This document shows positions 43,342-53,819 of a stretch of 64,000 nucleotides of DNA, piece after piece. The notes beneath the pieces are model-generated. The model did no database searches, was not told the DNA's origin, and saw only the letters and a program-made list of their open reading frames with translations. The position numbers and the translations under genes were made by a program. Position 1 is the first letter of the stretch; each line of letters starts with the position of its first letter. The stretch is from Terriglobia bacterium (GTDB lineage Bacteria > Acidobacteriota > Terriglobia > 2-12-FULL-54-10), in assembly GCA_963666975.2 (NCBI GenBank), contig CAXVYR010000004.1, positions 1,248,001 through 1,312,000 on the forward strand, read 5' to 3'.

Positions 43342-46300
43342 ATGAGATTGTTCTGGAGGCGGGTTGCAGCAGAAGTGGAACGGCCAGGTTTGACTTTGCC
43401 GGCAGCAATTTTGGTCACGCTGCTTTTCTTGCCAACGACAGGGTTACCGGCACAGGAGACCGCTGCGACGGTGCGCGGCAGGGTGCAGACTCCCATGGGG
43501 GCCCCCATTCCTGAAACGACAGTGACGGCAAAAAACCTTGAGACGGGGCAGAACTACACAGTTACCAGCGACACGGAAGGACAGTTTGAAATTCTGCAGC
43601 TGGCCACCGGCAGCTATGAAGTCCAGGTTTCCCGGCCCGGCTTTGCCAGCCGGACGCAGAAAGGATTGCAACTGCGGGCTGGGCAGCCGGTCAGCCTGGA
43701 CTTTGTCCTGGAACGAGGTCCCGGACCCCAAGAGCGGATGGCCCAAGCTACTGGCGAGGGAACAGCAGAGCCTTCCTCCACCGCCACGGCGAACCGAATC
43801 AGCGAGAGCCAGCTGGCGGGACTGCCTCTCAACGGCCGGAGTTACAGCCAACTGGCCACCCTCCAAAGCGGGATCAGCGATCCATTTGGCGGTTCGGCCC
43901 AACGAGGGGGCGGCAGCGGGGGCCTGACTGTCGCCGGGGGACGCTCCACCTCAAACGTATTCTTGCTGGATGGGACCAACATTATGAATGTCGAGAATCG
44001 GGTCCCGCGCAGTGCGGCAGGCGGGCAACTGGGCTCGGATGCGGTATTCCAGGTTCAGATATTCAGCAGCAACTATGCGGCCGAGTATGGCCGTGGCAGC
44101 GGCGGCATCCTGAATTCTATTACCCGCTCCGGAACCCCGGAGTTCCACGGCACCTTTTTCGAGTTCTTTCGCAACAGCAAGCTCGATGCCCGTAATTTTT
44201 TTGACCCTGGGCCGGAGCCGACTCCCTTCAAACGCAACCAGTTCGGATTCACGCTCACCGGCCCGGTGATGAAAGATCGGACCTTTTTTATGGGGAGCTT
44301 TGAGGGGCTGCGCGACCGGCTGGCCAAGACGGAGATCGACTTCTTTCCAGACGAACTGGCCCGGCAGGGGATCATCACGGACAAAGCCGGAAAGCAGATT
44401 CGGACCGTCCCGGTGGCCCCGAGCGTGAAACCCTACCTGGCGCTTTATCCTCTACCCAACTCGGTCCCGCTGGGGGGGGGAGTCGGTGTAAACGCCGCCC
44501 CCCAGTTCCTGCCGTCCGATGAAAGCTATTTCACGGTTCGTGTGGATCACCAGGTCTCGGACCGGAACAGCCTTTTCGCTCGCTATACCTTTGATGACGC
44601 CAGCAGCCGGAGCGGATCGCCCTCCGTTGTCTTCTCAACGCTGACCAACAGCCGCCAGCAGTATCTGACCCTGGTGGACACACACATTTTTAATTCCCGT
44701 CTTTTGAACTCGCTCCGCCTGGGGTACACCCGGCCGGTGGATGCCTCCGAGAGTCTCTCCTCTATTGAGATTCCGCGTTCGCTGTTCTTTCTGCCTGATG
44801 CTCCCCAGTTTGGGTGGATTGATGTTCCCGGCATGACTGCTTTCGGTCCTTTTTTCGTCCAACCGGATATGAATATTATGAACACCTTTCAATTTGCAGA
44901 CGATATGGTGGTCCAGCGGGGAGCCCACGCGCTAAAGTTCGGATTCGAAGTCCATCGCTATCGCTGGGACATGGTCTCGAACTTTCTGACATCCGGCCAA
45001 TGGTCTTTCAACAGTTTGGACAGCTTTCTCCAGGCGGGACCGAGCGGGACCACCTTGCAGGTTGCTTTGCCCGGATCCGACAACAGGCGGAATTACCGCC
45101 AGACCCTGGCAGGCTTTTATGTTCAGGATGCCTATACGGTCAACCCCCATCTCCAGCTCAACCTGGGCCTTCGCTATGAATTTGCCACGGTCATCAGTGA
45201 TAAATTCGGCAAAACCGTTTTCCTCCGCGACCCGGTGCGGGACTCAGCGATTGAGGTCGGACGCCTTCTGGAGAACAATCCTTCGCTGCGCAATATTTCT
45301 CCCCGCCTGGGCATTCGCTGGTCTCCCGGCAGCAGCGGGAATACGGTGCTGAGTGGAGGCTTTGGGATTTACTACGATGAATTGCTCGAGCATGTGGTGG
45401 ATCGGCAGAAAAGCACGGCTCCTTTTTCCCAGATAGCAGTGAAACCCAACTTTGATTCCTCCGGGACGTTCCCTGACGCGGTGGCGGCCGGCACTGGAAC
45501 ACCCCTCCTGGCTCAGTCCCTGGACCGGAACACGACCACCCCGATGGTGCTGCGCTACAACTTCACGCTCCAACAGCAGCTCCCCGGAGACTGGCGAGCT
45601 CGAGCATCCTATGTGGGGGCCAGGGGCAACCATTTGTTTCGTGGCTACGAAGCCAACCTGTTTCCTGTTCCCATCACCCGGGACGACGGGTCGCTCTTCT
45701 TCTCCCCGAATTCCGGTCCGGTGAATCCCGCTTTCGGAGGGATTAATATTGTCAGCAGTGATGCGCAGTCCTTTTATAACTCTTTGCAGCTTTCCGCCAA
45801 CAAGAGCCTCAGCCAGGGAATTTCTTTGCAGGCCAGCTATACGTACAGCAAATCCGTGGATGACGCCTCCGTTCCCTTTTCGGATTCGGGTTCCGGCCAG
45901 TACGGGTTGTTGCGCGCTTTGGACCGGAGCCTATCGAATTTCGACATCCGCCACCGCCTGGTGCTGAACTACTTTTACACTCTCCCCTTGGGTAGTGGGC
46001 AGCAATGGTGGAATTCCGGGGTCCTTTCGCACATTTTTGGAGGCTGGCGGCTGGGAGGCATCCTGTCGTTTCGCACTGGGATCCCTTTCATCCCGCTGAC
46101 CAAAGTCCGCACTCCCGGGTTCCTGTTCGCCGCCAACCGGCCTGATTTGCTTTCCGGTCGGAGCAATAACCCCATAAAGGGCGTTACTGCCGGCTGCGGT
46201 TTTGATCCGATAACCGGCAAGTTTGTGGTAGAGCCAGGTCGGGAGTTGGGAACTCCGGAGCTGTATTTTGATCCCTGCGTGTATAAAGTGCCTGAGGAGG

Positions 46301-46581
46301 GCACCCTTGGCAATGCCGGGCGCAACACCCTGATCGCACCGAACGTGTTCAACGTCGATGTTTCCCTACAGCGGGAATTTTCCCTGGATGCCAAGCGGCG
46401 GCTTCAATTTCGAGCGGAATTTTTCAATCTGCCGAATCATACAAGTTTTGATCGCATTATCGGGGGTTCCAACCTGATCTTCTCGGGTGCGTCTGGCCGC
46501 CTCAATCCCAGCGCGGGAAGGCTTCATGGCACCGCCACCACCGCGCGCCAGATCCAGTTTGCCCTGCGATTTTCCTTCTAG
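43342..46581 (+). CDS. TonB-dependent receptor, Acidobacteria type (carboxypeptidase-regulatory N-domain)
   Basis: LPLNGRSY, AEYGR, TRSGT.EFHG, LDARNFFD, RNQFG, LQFRAEFFN, RQIQFALRFSF. Start uncertain (43201 to about 43400). Confidence 0.92.
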   Translation: MRLFWRRVAAEVERPGLTLPAAILVTLLFLPTTGLPAQETAATVRGRVQTPMGAPIPETTVTAKNLETGQNYTVTSDTEGQFEILQLATGSYEVQVSRPGFASRTQKGLQLRAGQPVSLDFVLERGPGPQERMAQATGEGTAEPSSTATANRISESQLAGLPLNGRSYSQLATLQSGISDPFGGSAQRGGGSGGLTVAGGRSTSNVFLLDGTNIMNVENRVPRSAAGGQLGSDAVFQVQIFSSNYAAEYGRGSGGILNSITRSGTPEFHGTFFEFFRNSKLDARNFFDPGPEPTPFKRNQFGFTLTGPVMKDRTFFMGSFEGLRDRLAKTEIDFFPDELARQGIITDKAGKQIRTVPVAPSVKPYLALYPLPNSVPLGGGVGVNAAPQFLPSDESYFTVRVDHQVSDRNSLFARYTFDDASSRSGSPSVVFSTLTNSRQQYLTLVDTHIFNSRLLNSLRLGYTRPVDASESLSSIEIPRSLFFLPDAPQFGWIDVPGMTAFGPFFVQPDMNIMNTFQFADDMVVQRGAHALKFGFEVHRYRWDMVSNFLTSGQWSFNSLDSFLQAGPSGTTLQVALPGSDNRRNYRQTLAGFYVQDAYTVNPHLQLNLGLRYEFATVISDKFGKTVFLRDPVRDSAIEVGRLLENNPSLRNISPRLGIRWSPGSSGNTVLSGGFGIYYDELLEHVVDRQKSTAPFSQIAVKPNFDSSGTFPDAVAAGTGTPLLAQSLDRNTTTPMVLRYNFTLQQQLPGDWRARASYVGARGNHLFRGYEANLFPVPITRDDGSLFFSPNSGPVNPAFGGINIVSSDAQSFYNSLQLSANKSLSQGISLQASYTYSKSVDDASVPFSDSGSGQYGLLRALDRSLSNFDIRHRLVLNYFYTLPLGSGQQWWNSGVLSHIFGGWRLGGILSFRTGIPFIPLTKVRTPGFLFAANRPDLLSGRSNNPIKGVTAGCGFDPITGKFVVEPGRELGTPELYFDPCVYKVPEEGTLGNAGRNTLIAPNVFNVDVSLQREFSLDAKRRLQFRAEFFNLPNHTSFDRIIGGSNLIFSGASGRLNPSAGRLHGTATTARQIQFALRFSF

Positions 46582-46613
46582 ACCAATTTCAGAGTTGGTG
46601 TAGAGTGCTTCAT

Positions 46614-46829
46614 AGCCCTGCAAGGGCAGCAGAATCTAGCCCGGGGCGTAAGCCCTGGGACAACGGAGATCGGTATTACCCCAAGCCCCGGAGGGGCGCA
46701 AGACGCTCCGGCCCTCTTCTTTCGCCCCCTTCGGCAAGCTCAGGGCAGGCTCTTCCGGGGCTGATCCGGCGTGGCCTTTCCTACCCACGGCTGGCGCCGT
46801 GGGCTAAACTCTTGCGCCCCTCTGGGGCT
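46614..46829. repeat. Long composite palindromic repeat with a nested 27-bp repeat (46727-46753)
   Basis: agccctgcaagggc..tagcccggggcgtaagccctggg..agccccggaggggcg / cgcccc..ccggggct..cccacggctggcgccgtgggcta..cgcccctctggggct. Confidence 0.75.
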
Positions 46830-46859
46830 TCACGAGCGTTCTGGAAAGCTATACAGCAA

Positions 46860-47045
46860 CTATGAATTTGCTCTAAACTCTTCAAAGCCTTCTGGAGTGG
46901 CGCTTTCCAGCGGCGTGTAAGCAAAGTCGTGCATAAGGGTCTTCTGAGAAGTAGCCGTTACTTGCCCGGCCATGCGTCCTGTCAAAAACAGCACAGTTCC
47001 CGCCACGAACAGCGTGAGCCTTCTCATGAGTAATTCCGACATATG
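46860..47045 (-). pseudogene. Truncated secreted protein (possible Dabb-type N-terminal fragment)
   Basis: SD GGAGG, signal peptide and QKTLMHDFAYTP, ending abruptly beside the palindromic repeat. Confidence 0.4.
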
Positions 47046-47206
47046 GTCCCTCCTCGCACAATCCGACTGGTTCGAAAAGTTGCCAACAGTTGTGAGATTC
47101 CACCTCCTAGACAGAAGTTCCAATGAGTGATTGAGGTTAGGTAAATTCTAGGCGACAAGGGAGGACCGATCTGCCAAATCTGAGGTGCAATCACGTGACG
47201 TGCGGG

Positions 47207-47839
47207 CTACATCTGCGAGACCGCGAACCCGTCCACATGAACCTCAAGGTGGTGATTGACCCGGATGCCATAGATGCCGTCGGTCTTCGCCGTCGGCCCG
47301 GTCTTTGGCGTCGTGTGCACGATCTTGCCGTTGACGACGTAATCGATCTTGTCGCCCATGACGCGCACTTCTAGCGCGTTGGTAGACTTGCCACCAGCGT
47401 CGGGCGTCTTCACGGTGTCGCTGGCCGTTTTCGCCGTCACAGTTGGCGCTGAGGAGTCACCGTCTCGGCGTTTGATGAGCCATGTCCCATCCTGCGCTAC
47501 CATGAAATAGAGGTAGTTCTGCCCCGAACCTTCGAGATCGCTCCCGCCGAACACGAGGCCGTAGTAGTTTGTATGGTCGCTCGGCTTCATGAGAGTGAAT
47601 GTTCCCTTGAGCGAGTAATTCCCTGTGACCGTATGGGCCGGGTTCCAGTAGACGGCCGCCTGGGGGTTGGTCGCATGGAAGCCCGTGCCCATCGTGACGA
47701 ACTTGATGTCGCCCGCAGCGTCGGGGTCCGACGCGCTCGTGCTGCGATCGACGCGCAACATCCAGTCGACCGGGGTCTGAGCGACAAGTGGTACGACGGT
47801 GAGCAGCGCGAGCGCCGCAAAAGCAATATAACTTGTCAT
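47207..47839 (-). CDS. Secreted beta-sandwich (ConA/DUF1080-like) hypothetical protein
   Basis: SD GAGGAGG, signal peptide, YGLVFGG, NALEVRV...YVVNG, GIYGIRVNH. Confidence 0.75.
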   Translation of the reverse strand: MTSYIAFAALALLTVVPLVAQTPVDWMLRVDRSTSASDPDAAGDIKFVTMGTGFHATNPQAAVYWNPAHTVTGNYSLKGTFTLMKPSDHTNYYGLVFGGSDLEGSGQNYLYFMVAQDGTWLIKRRDGDSSAPTVTAKTASDTVKTPDAGGKSTNALEVRVMGDKIDYVVNGKIVHTTPKTGPTAKTDGIYGIRVNHHLEVHVDGFAVSQM

Positions 47840-48186
47840 TTGTATTCCTCCTCGGGCCTCAAACTAAGAGATTTCTGGATTAGGATATCATAACTACACA
47901 CCCGCTCTACCTGCGAGTTATGGCCACGGATCTCGCCGAACCAGTTCCCTTCCTTGGATGCCAACGAATACAGTCACCTAACGCCGCAGTTCTCTCCGGT
48001 CTGGCAGCTAATTCCTGTGGAGTCTTAGTGTAGTCTCCATCTCGGACACTGGCGGCATGGATCGGCGCCAGTCCCTCATCACTTGGCGGTGCGTGACCTT
48101 GAGCTGATTCAGGAACTGGCATAGATCGTCGTCAGGCGGAACCACCCATAATCACCTATAATGGGGCTGATCGCCGTGATGCTGGG

Positions 48187-49290
48187 ATGATCTACCGAAT
48201 CCACCGCCGGACGCGCCTCGTCGTTTTCACTATTTGTGTCGTCGCCGCAATGGCAGTGTCGGCCGTTCGGCTCCAAATCCAGCCGACTCCGGTGCCGTTC
48301 GCGAAGCTCGTCGAGGAACTCTCCGAGCCGAGCGGATATTTCGACACCGACAATCTCATTTCAAACGAAAAATCGTACCTGCACGTCATGCCGCATCTCG
48401 AGCAGCGCGGTATCATAGGCGGCATCTACATCGGCGTTGGCCCCGATCAGAACTTTTCCTACATCGCTCGCATCCGCCCCACAGTCGCGTTCATCGTCGA
48501 CATCCGGCGCGACAACTTGCTGCAGCACCTGCTGTTCAAGGCTCTATTCGCGACAGCGCGAAACCGCATGGAATACTTGAGCCTGCTGACCGGCAGGCCC
48601 GTTCCCGACGGTGTCGAGAGCTGGCGCGATGCCAGCATCGACCGGATCGTCGCCTACATTGATGGCACAAGGCCGTCGGCCACGCTCGCGCTCGACCGGC
48701 GGCTCCATGACGTCATCCAGCGGTTCGGCATCCCGGTATCGGTCAAGGAGTATGCGACCATCGACCAGTTTCATGCGGCTTTTGTCAACTCGGGACTGTC
48801 GCTTCGGTTTCAGTCTTTTGGGAGACCAACGCAAAGCTACAACCCAACCTATCGCGAGCTGCTGACCGAGACCGACCAGGAGGGTCGCCAGTTGAGCTAC
48901 CTCGCGTCAGAAGACGACTTCCAGTTTGTCCGCTCCCTGCAGCGACGCGACGGCGTAATTCCGGTTGTGGGCGATTTCGGCGGGACGCACGCCTTGGCTG
49001 CGATTGGGCGCTGGATGACGGAGCACGATGAGCGCCTGTCGGCCTTCTACGTATCGAACGTGGAGAATTATCTGTTCCGCAACGGCAACTTTGGGCGGTA
49101 TATGGAAAACCTGAACCGCTTCCCTCATACCGATCGAAGCGTGATTATCCGGTCGATCTTCGGCCGGTTGGCGCGGTCCGTGTCGGCGCCCGGCTACTAT
49201 AGCGCGTCGATCGTGCAGGATCTCGATGAATTGCTCGCGAACTTCTCAGCCGGGAAGTATCGAACCTACTCAGATCTCTTGCGCCGATGA
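48187..49290 (+). CDS. Conserved exported hypothetical protein (SEPxGYFDTDNLISNE / YIGVGPDQNF family)
   Basis: N-terminal TM/signal; motifs GVGPDQNFSYI, VDIRRDN, PVVGDF, FYVSNVE. Confidence 0.75.
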   Translation: MIYRIHRRTRLVVFTICVVAAMAVSAVRLQIQPTPVPFAKLVEELSEPSGYFDTDNLISNEKSYLHVMPHLEQRGIIGGIYIGVGPDQNFSYIARIRPTVAFIVDIRRDNLLQHLLFKALFATARNRMEYLSLLTGRPVPDGVESWRDASIDRIVAYIDGTRPSATLALDRRLHDVIQRFGIPVSVKEYATIDQFHAAFVNSGLSLRFQSFGRPTQSYNPTYRELLTETDQEGRQLSYLASEDDFQFVRSLQRRDGVIPVVGDFGGTHALAAIGRWMTEHDERLSAFYVSNVENYLFRNGNFGRYMENLNRFPHTDRSVIIRSIFGRLARSVSAPGYYSASIVQDLDELLANFSAGKYRTYSDLLRR

Positions 49291-49538
49291 ACTCCACCGA
49301 TTCAACAGAAGAGCGAACACGAGCGATGGATAGGTGCGGCCGTTGTACGTCCAGTGGTCGACCCCTGAGGCCAGAGAACCATTCCTAAACAGTAGGCGAC
49401 TGGGGGGGAGTGATCTGGGACTAGACCTGTTTTAGAGTTCATGTATCCCATATTGAGTTCTTGTCAGGGCGCGGTTTGACGGGGACCCCGTGAGGCAGCG
49501 GTAAACCCAGCTTTGGTTGCCCCCCTAGCGTTCGGGGA

Positions 49539-49610
49539 CCGCTTGCTAGAGCCTGCCCTGAGCCATGTCCCGAGCGAAGCCGAGGGATTGCCGAAGGGCG
49601 CGCGGCTCTG
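49539..49610. repeat. Triple-nested palindromic repeats
   Basis: Family A halves (ccgcttgct / cgcgcggctctg) enclose agagcctgccctgagc|ttgccgaaggg (reverse complement of 46727-46753), which is itself split by catgtcccgagcgaagccgaggga. Confidence 0.75.
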
Positions 49611-49632
49611 ACTATGCACGAACCGTGAAAGT

Positions 49633-51114
49633 CTAGAACGTCACCAAAGTTTGCAAGTAACCGAACTGCGAGGCCTGTGACCCCTGGGTGCCGCGGGCAA
49701 ACTCTCCCGGCAGAAACACCGAGTACCCTGCCAGCATCCTGACCTGCTCATAAAGAGGAAAGGCAAGCGTCAGGTCAATTTCGTGTCCCAGGTCGGTGCC
49801 GAGCAGGCCGGTGGGATCAATTCCCAGCACCTTGCCGCCTGCGTTCTTCCAAGCGCCTCGCTCCTCGGCGAGCAGCAGGCGGTGATAGCTTACCTGAGTG
49901 CGGACGTTGGCCCGAGGCAGGAAGGCGAAGTAGGGTTTGAAATCCTGCATGTTCCGCCACCCCATGTAATCCCCATAGCCATAGTGAAGATGGTTGGTGG
50001 GGAAAAGGTTGTGGAACTCCCCAGAACGGCCGTCCTGCGGGTCGCTGTCTCCGGTGGCAAAGTCATACTCAAAACCAAACTCCGGCGAGAAGCGCGCAGC
50101 AAACCGGTAACGGGCGCTGGCAGCCACCGCTGCGGCACGGTGCGTATCGGGACCCCGCTGGCCCGCTTGGTAGGCGCTCTCCATGTCGTACCTAAAACCG
50201 CTTTGAAAAGCGGCAAAGTGCCGGAACCCGAGCGTGACGATTCGTGTTGCTTCCGGGAGAGACGCAGATGCTTCGCCGCCAATCTCCCGCCCATCCCGGA
50301 GATACAACACATAGGGTTCCAAACCCATTCCGGAGGCGCTGGGACCGATTCGGGTATACAAGCCGATCAAATCCTGGCTGCCGTCGCCACGGTTCGAGTT
50401 GCGGCGGTCGGTCACGCGGCTGAAAAGAAACTCCGAGGACCACTGCGGCGCGGCATAGGTCAGCTTCAAGGCGTCAAATGACCGGCCGATATTGTTCCAG
50501 CCAAACGCCCCGATGAGCCGCTGGTTGCCGTAGCTCACCTCCTGGCGGCCCAGCCGCAGGCTCAGCCGCGGATGCAGAAACTCGTCCACCTGGAAGTATG
50601 CCTGATGCAGGTCGATGTTGGACTCGTTCGACGCCGTAGAGCCCTCCTGACCCCAGAGGCGCGAGTCCTGCAACTGAACCAGGCCGGAGAGGTTCTCGCT
50701 CAGCCGGAGGCGGGCATTCAGCCGGATGCGTTGCAGCACGACGTTATTCACCGGATTGGTTTCCGTGAAGTTGCTGCGGGACTCGGGACGAAACCTGATT
50801 TGCGCGCCGAAAGTGACCCGCTGCGGAGGAGCTTCCGTCGGCGCGGCTGGGGCGGTTGCGGCTGCCTGCAGCGGCGGAGACCCGCTCCCGGCAGGGCCGG
50901 CGCTTTCGAGACTTGCCAGGCGGTCCCTCAGGCTCTGGTTCTCCTGTTCGAGCGCAGCCTGCCGCTGTTCCAATTGGGCGAGCCTTTGGATCAGGGATTC
51001 CATATCGTTCTCGTTGCCCTGCGCCAGCCCGGAGGTGGTAAACAAACCAGTGACCGGGATAAATATAAAGATGCTAAAAATCGCAAATTGCTTCCAGCAG
51101 GTTGGGTGATTCAT
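49633..51114 (-). CDS. Alginate-export-family (AlgE-like) outer-membrane porin with N-terminal coiled coil
   Basis: Signal peptide, LQDSRLWG, DLHQAY, LGRQEVSYGNQRLIG..W..RSFDA, FHNLFPTNH, C-terminal F. Confidence 0.85.
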   Translation of the reverse strand: MNHPTCWKQFAIFSIFIFIPVTGLFTTSGLAQGNENDMESLIQRLAQLEQRQAALEQENQSLRDRLASLESAGPAGSGSPPLQAAATAPAAPTEAPPQRVTFGAQIRFRPESRSNFTETNPVNNVVLQRIRLNARLRLSENLSGLVQLQDSRLWGQEGSTASNESNIDLHQAYFQVDEFLHPRLSLRLGRQEVSYGNQRLIGAFGWNNIGRSFDALKLTYAAPQWSSEFLFSRVTDRRNSNRGDGSQDLIGLYTRIGPSASGMGLEPYVLYLRDGREIGGEASASLPEATRIVTLGFRHFAAFQSGFRYDMESAYQAGQRGPDTHRAAAVAASARYRFAARFSPEFGFEYDFATGDSDPQDGRSGEFHNLFPTNHLHYGYGDYMGWRNMQDFKPYFAFLPRANVRTQVSYHRLLLAEERGAWKNAGGKVLGIDPTGLLGTDLGHEIDLTLAFPLYEQVRMLAGYSVFLPGEFARGTQGSQASQFGYLQTLVTF

Positions 51115-51230
51115 TTTCGCCTCATTCTTAGGATGGATCAAGTTGGAATGGAGCATCCCCCACAGGCGCAAGTTTCCAGGCGAAGCTGCCTGGGACACTA
51201 GAGCGGATCCCCAGTTGTTATAGACCGGTT

Positions 51231-51314
51231 CCGAGCCGCGACCGTGAGGGAGCGGGTCCAAAAATAACTCAACCGACCAGCATTTGTGACCGCTTGCTTA
51301 CGCGCGCGGCTCGG
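51231..51314. repeat. Inverted doublet of family A repeats (REPIN-like)
   Basis: ccgagccgcgaccgtgagggagcgg ... ccgcttgcttacgcgcgcggctcgg. Confidence 0.7.
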
Positions 51315-51449
51315 ATTGGCTCGGCTTCCGGTGAACCTTGGTCTACACTATCGCGAGAACCGCTCTAGTCAGGTTCCTATGGGAACAGGGCTGGGCACCG
51401 GTTCAAGACCGGGTTCCGTATTTTCGCATTTATATTTCCTCCAGCGAGT

Positions 51450-52661
51450 TTAATTATGATATTGGAGGCTTTCCCTTAAATAGGGATCATTTACCGGAAC
51501 CAGGGGCGCTTGCCGCACGGCGCGAAGAAACACAATTAAGAACAGCCCCACTGCTCCTAGAATCGCGCCTACCTCCCAAACTCCAAAAACCGGAACCGGA
51601 CCCACCGTCGGAGGAAAAATCATGAGATAAACATCCAGCCACCGGCCCGCCAGGATGACGATGGCGACCTTGCCCAATACCGCTGGATTTCGCTTGGCCG
51701 ACCGGGGCAGAAGCACCAGGAAAGGAATAACCCAGTTGAGAAATATATTCAGAAGGAAAACAGGTTCCCAGAACTTGTGGAGCCGGTGAACGAAGTAGAT
51801 GGTCTCCTCGGGAATGTTCGCATACCAAACCAGCATGTACTGGCAGAACCAGATGTACATCCAAAAGGTGCTGAAGACGAACAGAAGTTTGCCCAGATCA
51901 TGAAAATGTTCCTCGTTCACAAAGTCCCGCAGCGGACCGGAGCTTCTTAACCAGATCAGCAAAAGAATCAGCGCGGCCAATCCTCCCGAGAACAGGCCGG
52001 CAAAGTTATACACGCCGAAAATGGTGCTGTACCAGTCTGGCTCGAGCGACATGATCCAATCGAAACTGGCCAGCGAGAACGTCACCGCAAAAACAACCAG
52101 AAACAGCGCAGAAAAACGCACGTTCCTGCGGGTGTGGCTGAAATCGCCGTCGCGGTCCTGACGCCGGGAGGTACGAACAATCACATAGGCCAGCGCGATC
52201 CAAAGAAGCAGATACACGGCGGAACGAATCCAAAAAAATGGAAGAGTCAGCCAGGCTGCCTTAAAGCCCGCCAAAGGTTCCGCGCCTTCCGATCCTCCAA
52301 CCCAGGAATACATCGACGGCTGGAGGAGGAAAACCGTTGCCAGTCCCAAAGCGGCCACGGGCAGCACCGCCGACATCGCCTCCGGCACCCGCCGCAGGGC
52401 CACGCTCCAACTGGCGCCGATGACGTATTGCAAGGCCACGAAGAATACGGCAGACAACCCGATTCCCACCAGAAGGTACCAGCCCAGAAGAAAGTTCGGC
52501 CAAAAGCGGTCCGGGGCGAGAATGGCGCCTGCCAAAAGAATCGCGCCTCCCAGGATGGCCACAGATTGAATCTGGCGCACCGTCTTTGCGGAGGGCCGAA
52601 AGTCGCTGAGGTTCGCCGTGTCTAGGTTCCTGGTCTCTAGGTTCCTGATCTCTGGATTCAT
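51450..52661 (-). CDS. actF: Alternative complex III subunit ActF
   Basis: Polytopic; LRRVPEA, FDWIMSLEPDWYSTIFG, HDLGK, WYANIPEE. Confidence 0.88.
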   Translation of the reverse strand: MNPEIRNLETRNLDTANLSDFRPSAKTVRQIQSVAILGGAILLAGAILAPDRFWPNFLLGWYLLVGIGLSAVFFVALQYVIGASWSVALRRVPEAMSAVLPVAALGLATVFLLQPSMYSWVGGSEGAEPLAGFKAAWLTLPFFWIRSAVYLLLWIALAYVIVRTSRRQDRDGDFSHTRRNVRFSALFLVVFAVTFSLASFDWIMSLEPDWYSTIFGVYNFAGLFSGGLAALILLLIWLRSSGPLRDFVNEEHFHDLGKLLFVFSTFWMYIWFCQYMLVWYANIPEETIYFVHRLHKFWEPVFLLNIFLNWVIPFLVLLPRSAKRNPAVLGKVAIVILAGRWLDVYLMIFPPTVGPVPVFGVWEVGAILGAVGLFLIVFLRAVRQAPLVPVNDPYLRESLQYHN

Positions 52662-53248
52662 CGTGTCTCTGCTTCTTCCGCGCTCTGCTGCTGTAGCGAA
52701 CGAACGTACAAGATAGTTTTCCAACGGTCTTCCCGGGAAAGCTGCGAGGCATAAGAAGGCATGTTGCCCTGGCCAAAGCTGAGAATTTGAAACATCTGGC
52801 CGTCCTTCATGCGGACGGCTTTTTCTTCCATCAACGACGCCGGCGGAGGAAAGCCCCGCAAGACAACCAGCCCGTCGCCCTTTCCCGAAACGCCGTGGCA
52901 GGGCACGCAGAAAGTAGCGTACATCCGGGCTCCCCGCTCCACGGAGGGTTCTTCTTCTAAAGAAAATGGGTTCACCAATTCTTGTCCTGCCCGGAGGGCG
53001 TCCTCCAGCGTGGGCGCGTATTGCAGGGGAAGCGCACCGCGCGGGATGGTGCCCGGCACCGGCATCTGCAGGGTTTTCCCGTCCGCAAAGTTCAGGTTGG
53101 GCGAGAAGGCGTCGTAGGGGATGGAATGGACCATCTCGGGCAGAAATTCGCGATTGGGTTGCGAAGCGTCCTGCCCGGCGCCGAAGTTCAAACCGAAGGA
53201 GGCGATGAGGGCGCAGAGAAGCAATATGTTTACACCGCGAAGCGACAT
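52658..53248 (-). CDS. actE: Alternative complex III monoheme cytochrome c ActE
   Basis: PVPGTIPRG, CVPCH, MPSYA, DRW. Confidence 0.88.
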   Translation of the reverse strand: MSLRGVNILLLCALIASFGLNFGAGQDASQPNREFLPEMVHSIPYDAFSPNLNFADGKTLQMPVPGTIPRGALPLQYAPTLEDALRAGQELVNPFSLEEEPSVERGARMYATFCVPCHGVSGKGDGLVVLRGFPPPASLMEEKAVRMKDGQMFQILSFGQGNMPSYASQLSREDRWKTILYVRSLQQQSAEEAETR

Positions 53249-53300
53249 CCGAAAATCTCCTGTGATTCAGCTTTTCATTCGATTCCTATTCGATCGATTC

Positions 53301-53819
53301 CTATTCGACGCGTTCTTCAATTGCAACAGCGTTGAAGTTTCCCAGTAACTGTTGCACCTTGGCCAAGTCAAAATCGCCGCCGGTTTGTTCCAGGATGAGC
53401 GCAAAGCGGTCGTTGGTCACCCGGGGCGCGGCCAGCACTGCCTTTCTTCCGGGAAGCAGCCGGCTCACTGCGAAAAATGCGATCACGGTGCTCACGCCGG
53501 CAAACAGCACCATAATCTCAAAGGTCAGCGGGACGAACGCCGGAAGGGAGTCCCAAGGCTTGCCTCCGACGTTAACAGGCCAGTCCATCGCCGAGGCCCA
53601 GTATTCGAACCCTACCTTGGCGGCGGCGCCGAACAATCCCAACAGGAAACAGACCCAGGGCAACCGCGAGGGCGACAGGCCCATCGCTTTGTCCAGGCCG
53701 TGCACGGCGTAGGGAGCGTAGACATCCACAATTTTCAAGCTCCGGAGCCGCACCGCGCGGGTTGCGCCCAAGATGTCTTCTTCGTGTTCAAAGGTTGCGG
53801 CCAGCAGTCGGCGACTCAT
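53301..53819 (-). CDS. actD: Alternative complex III subunit ActD (DUF3341)
   Basis: YAPYAVHGLD, DWPVNVGGKP, PAFVPLTFE. Confidence 0.9.
   Translation of the reverse strand: MSRRLLAATFEHEEDILGATRAVRLRSLKIVDVYAPYAVHGLDKAMGLSPSRLPWVCFLLGLFGAAAKVGFEYWASAMDWPVNVGGKPWDSLPAFVPLTFEIMVLFAGVSTVIAFFAVSRLLPGRKAVLAAPRVTNDRFALILEQTGGDFDLAKVQQLLGNFNAVAIEERVE

Noticed and set aside
47907-48122. 71-aa minus-strand ORF
   Set aside because: Possibly a gene fragment, but nothing recognisable supports a call.
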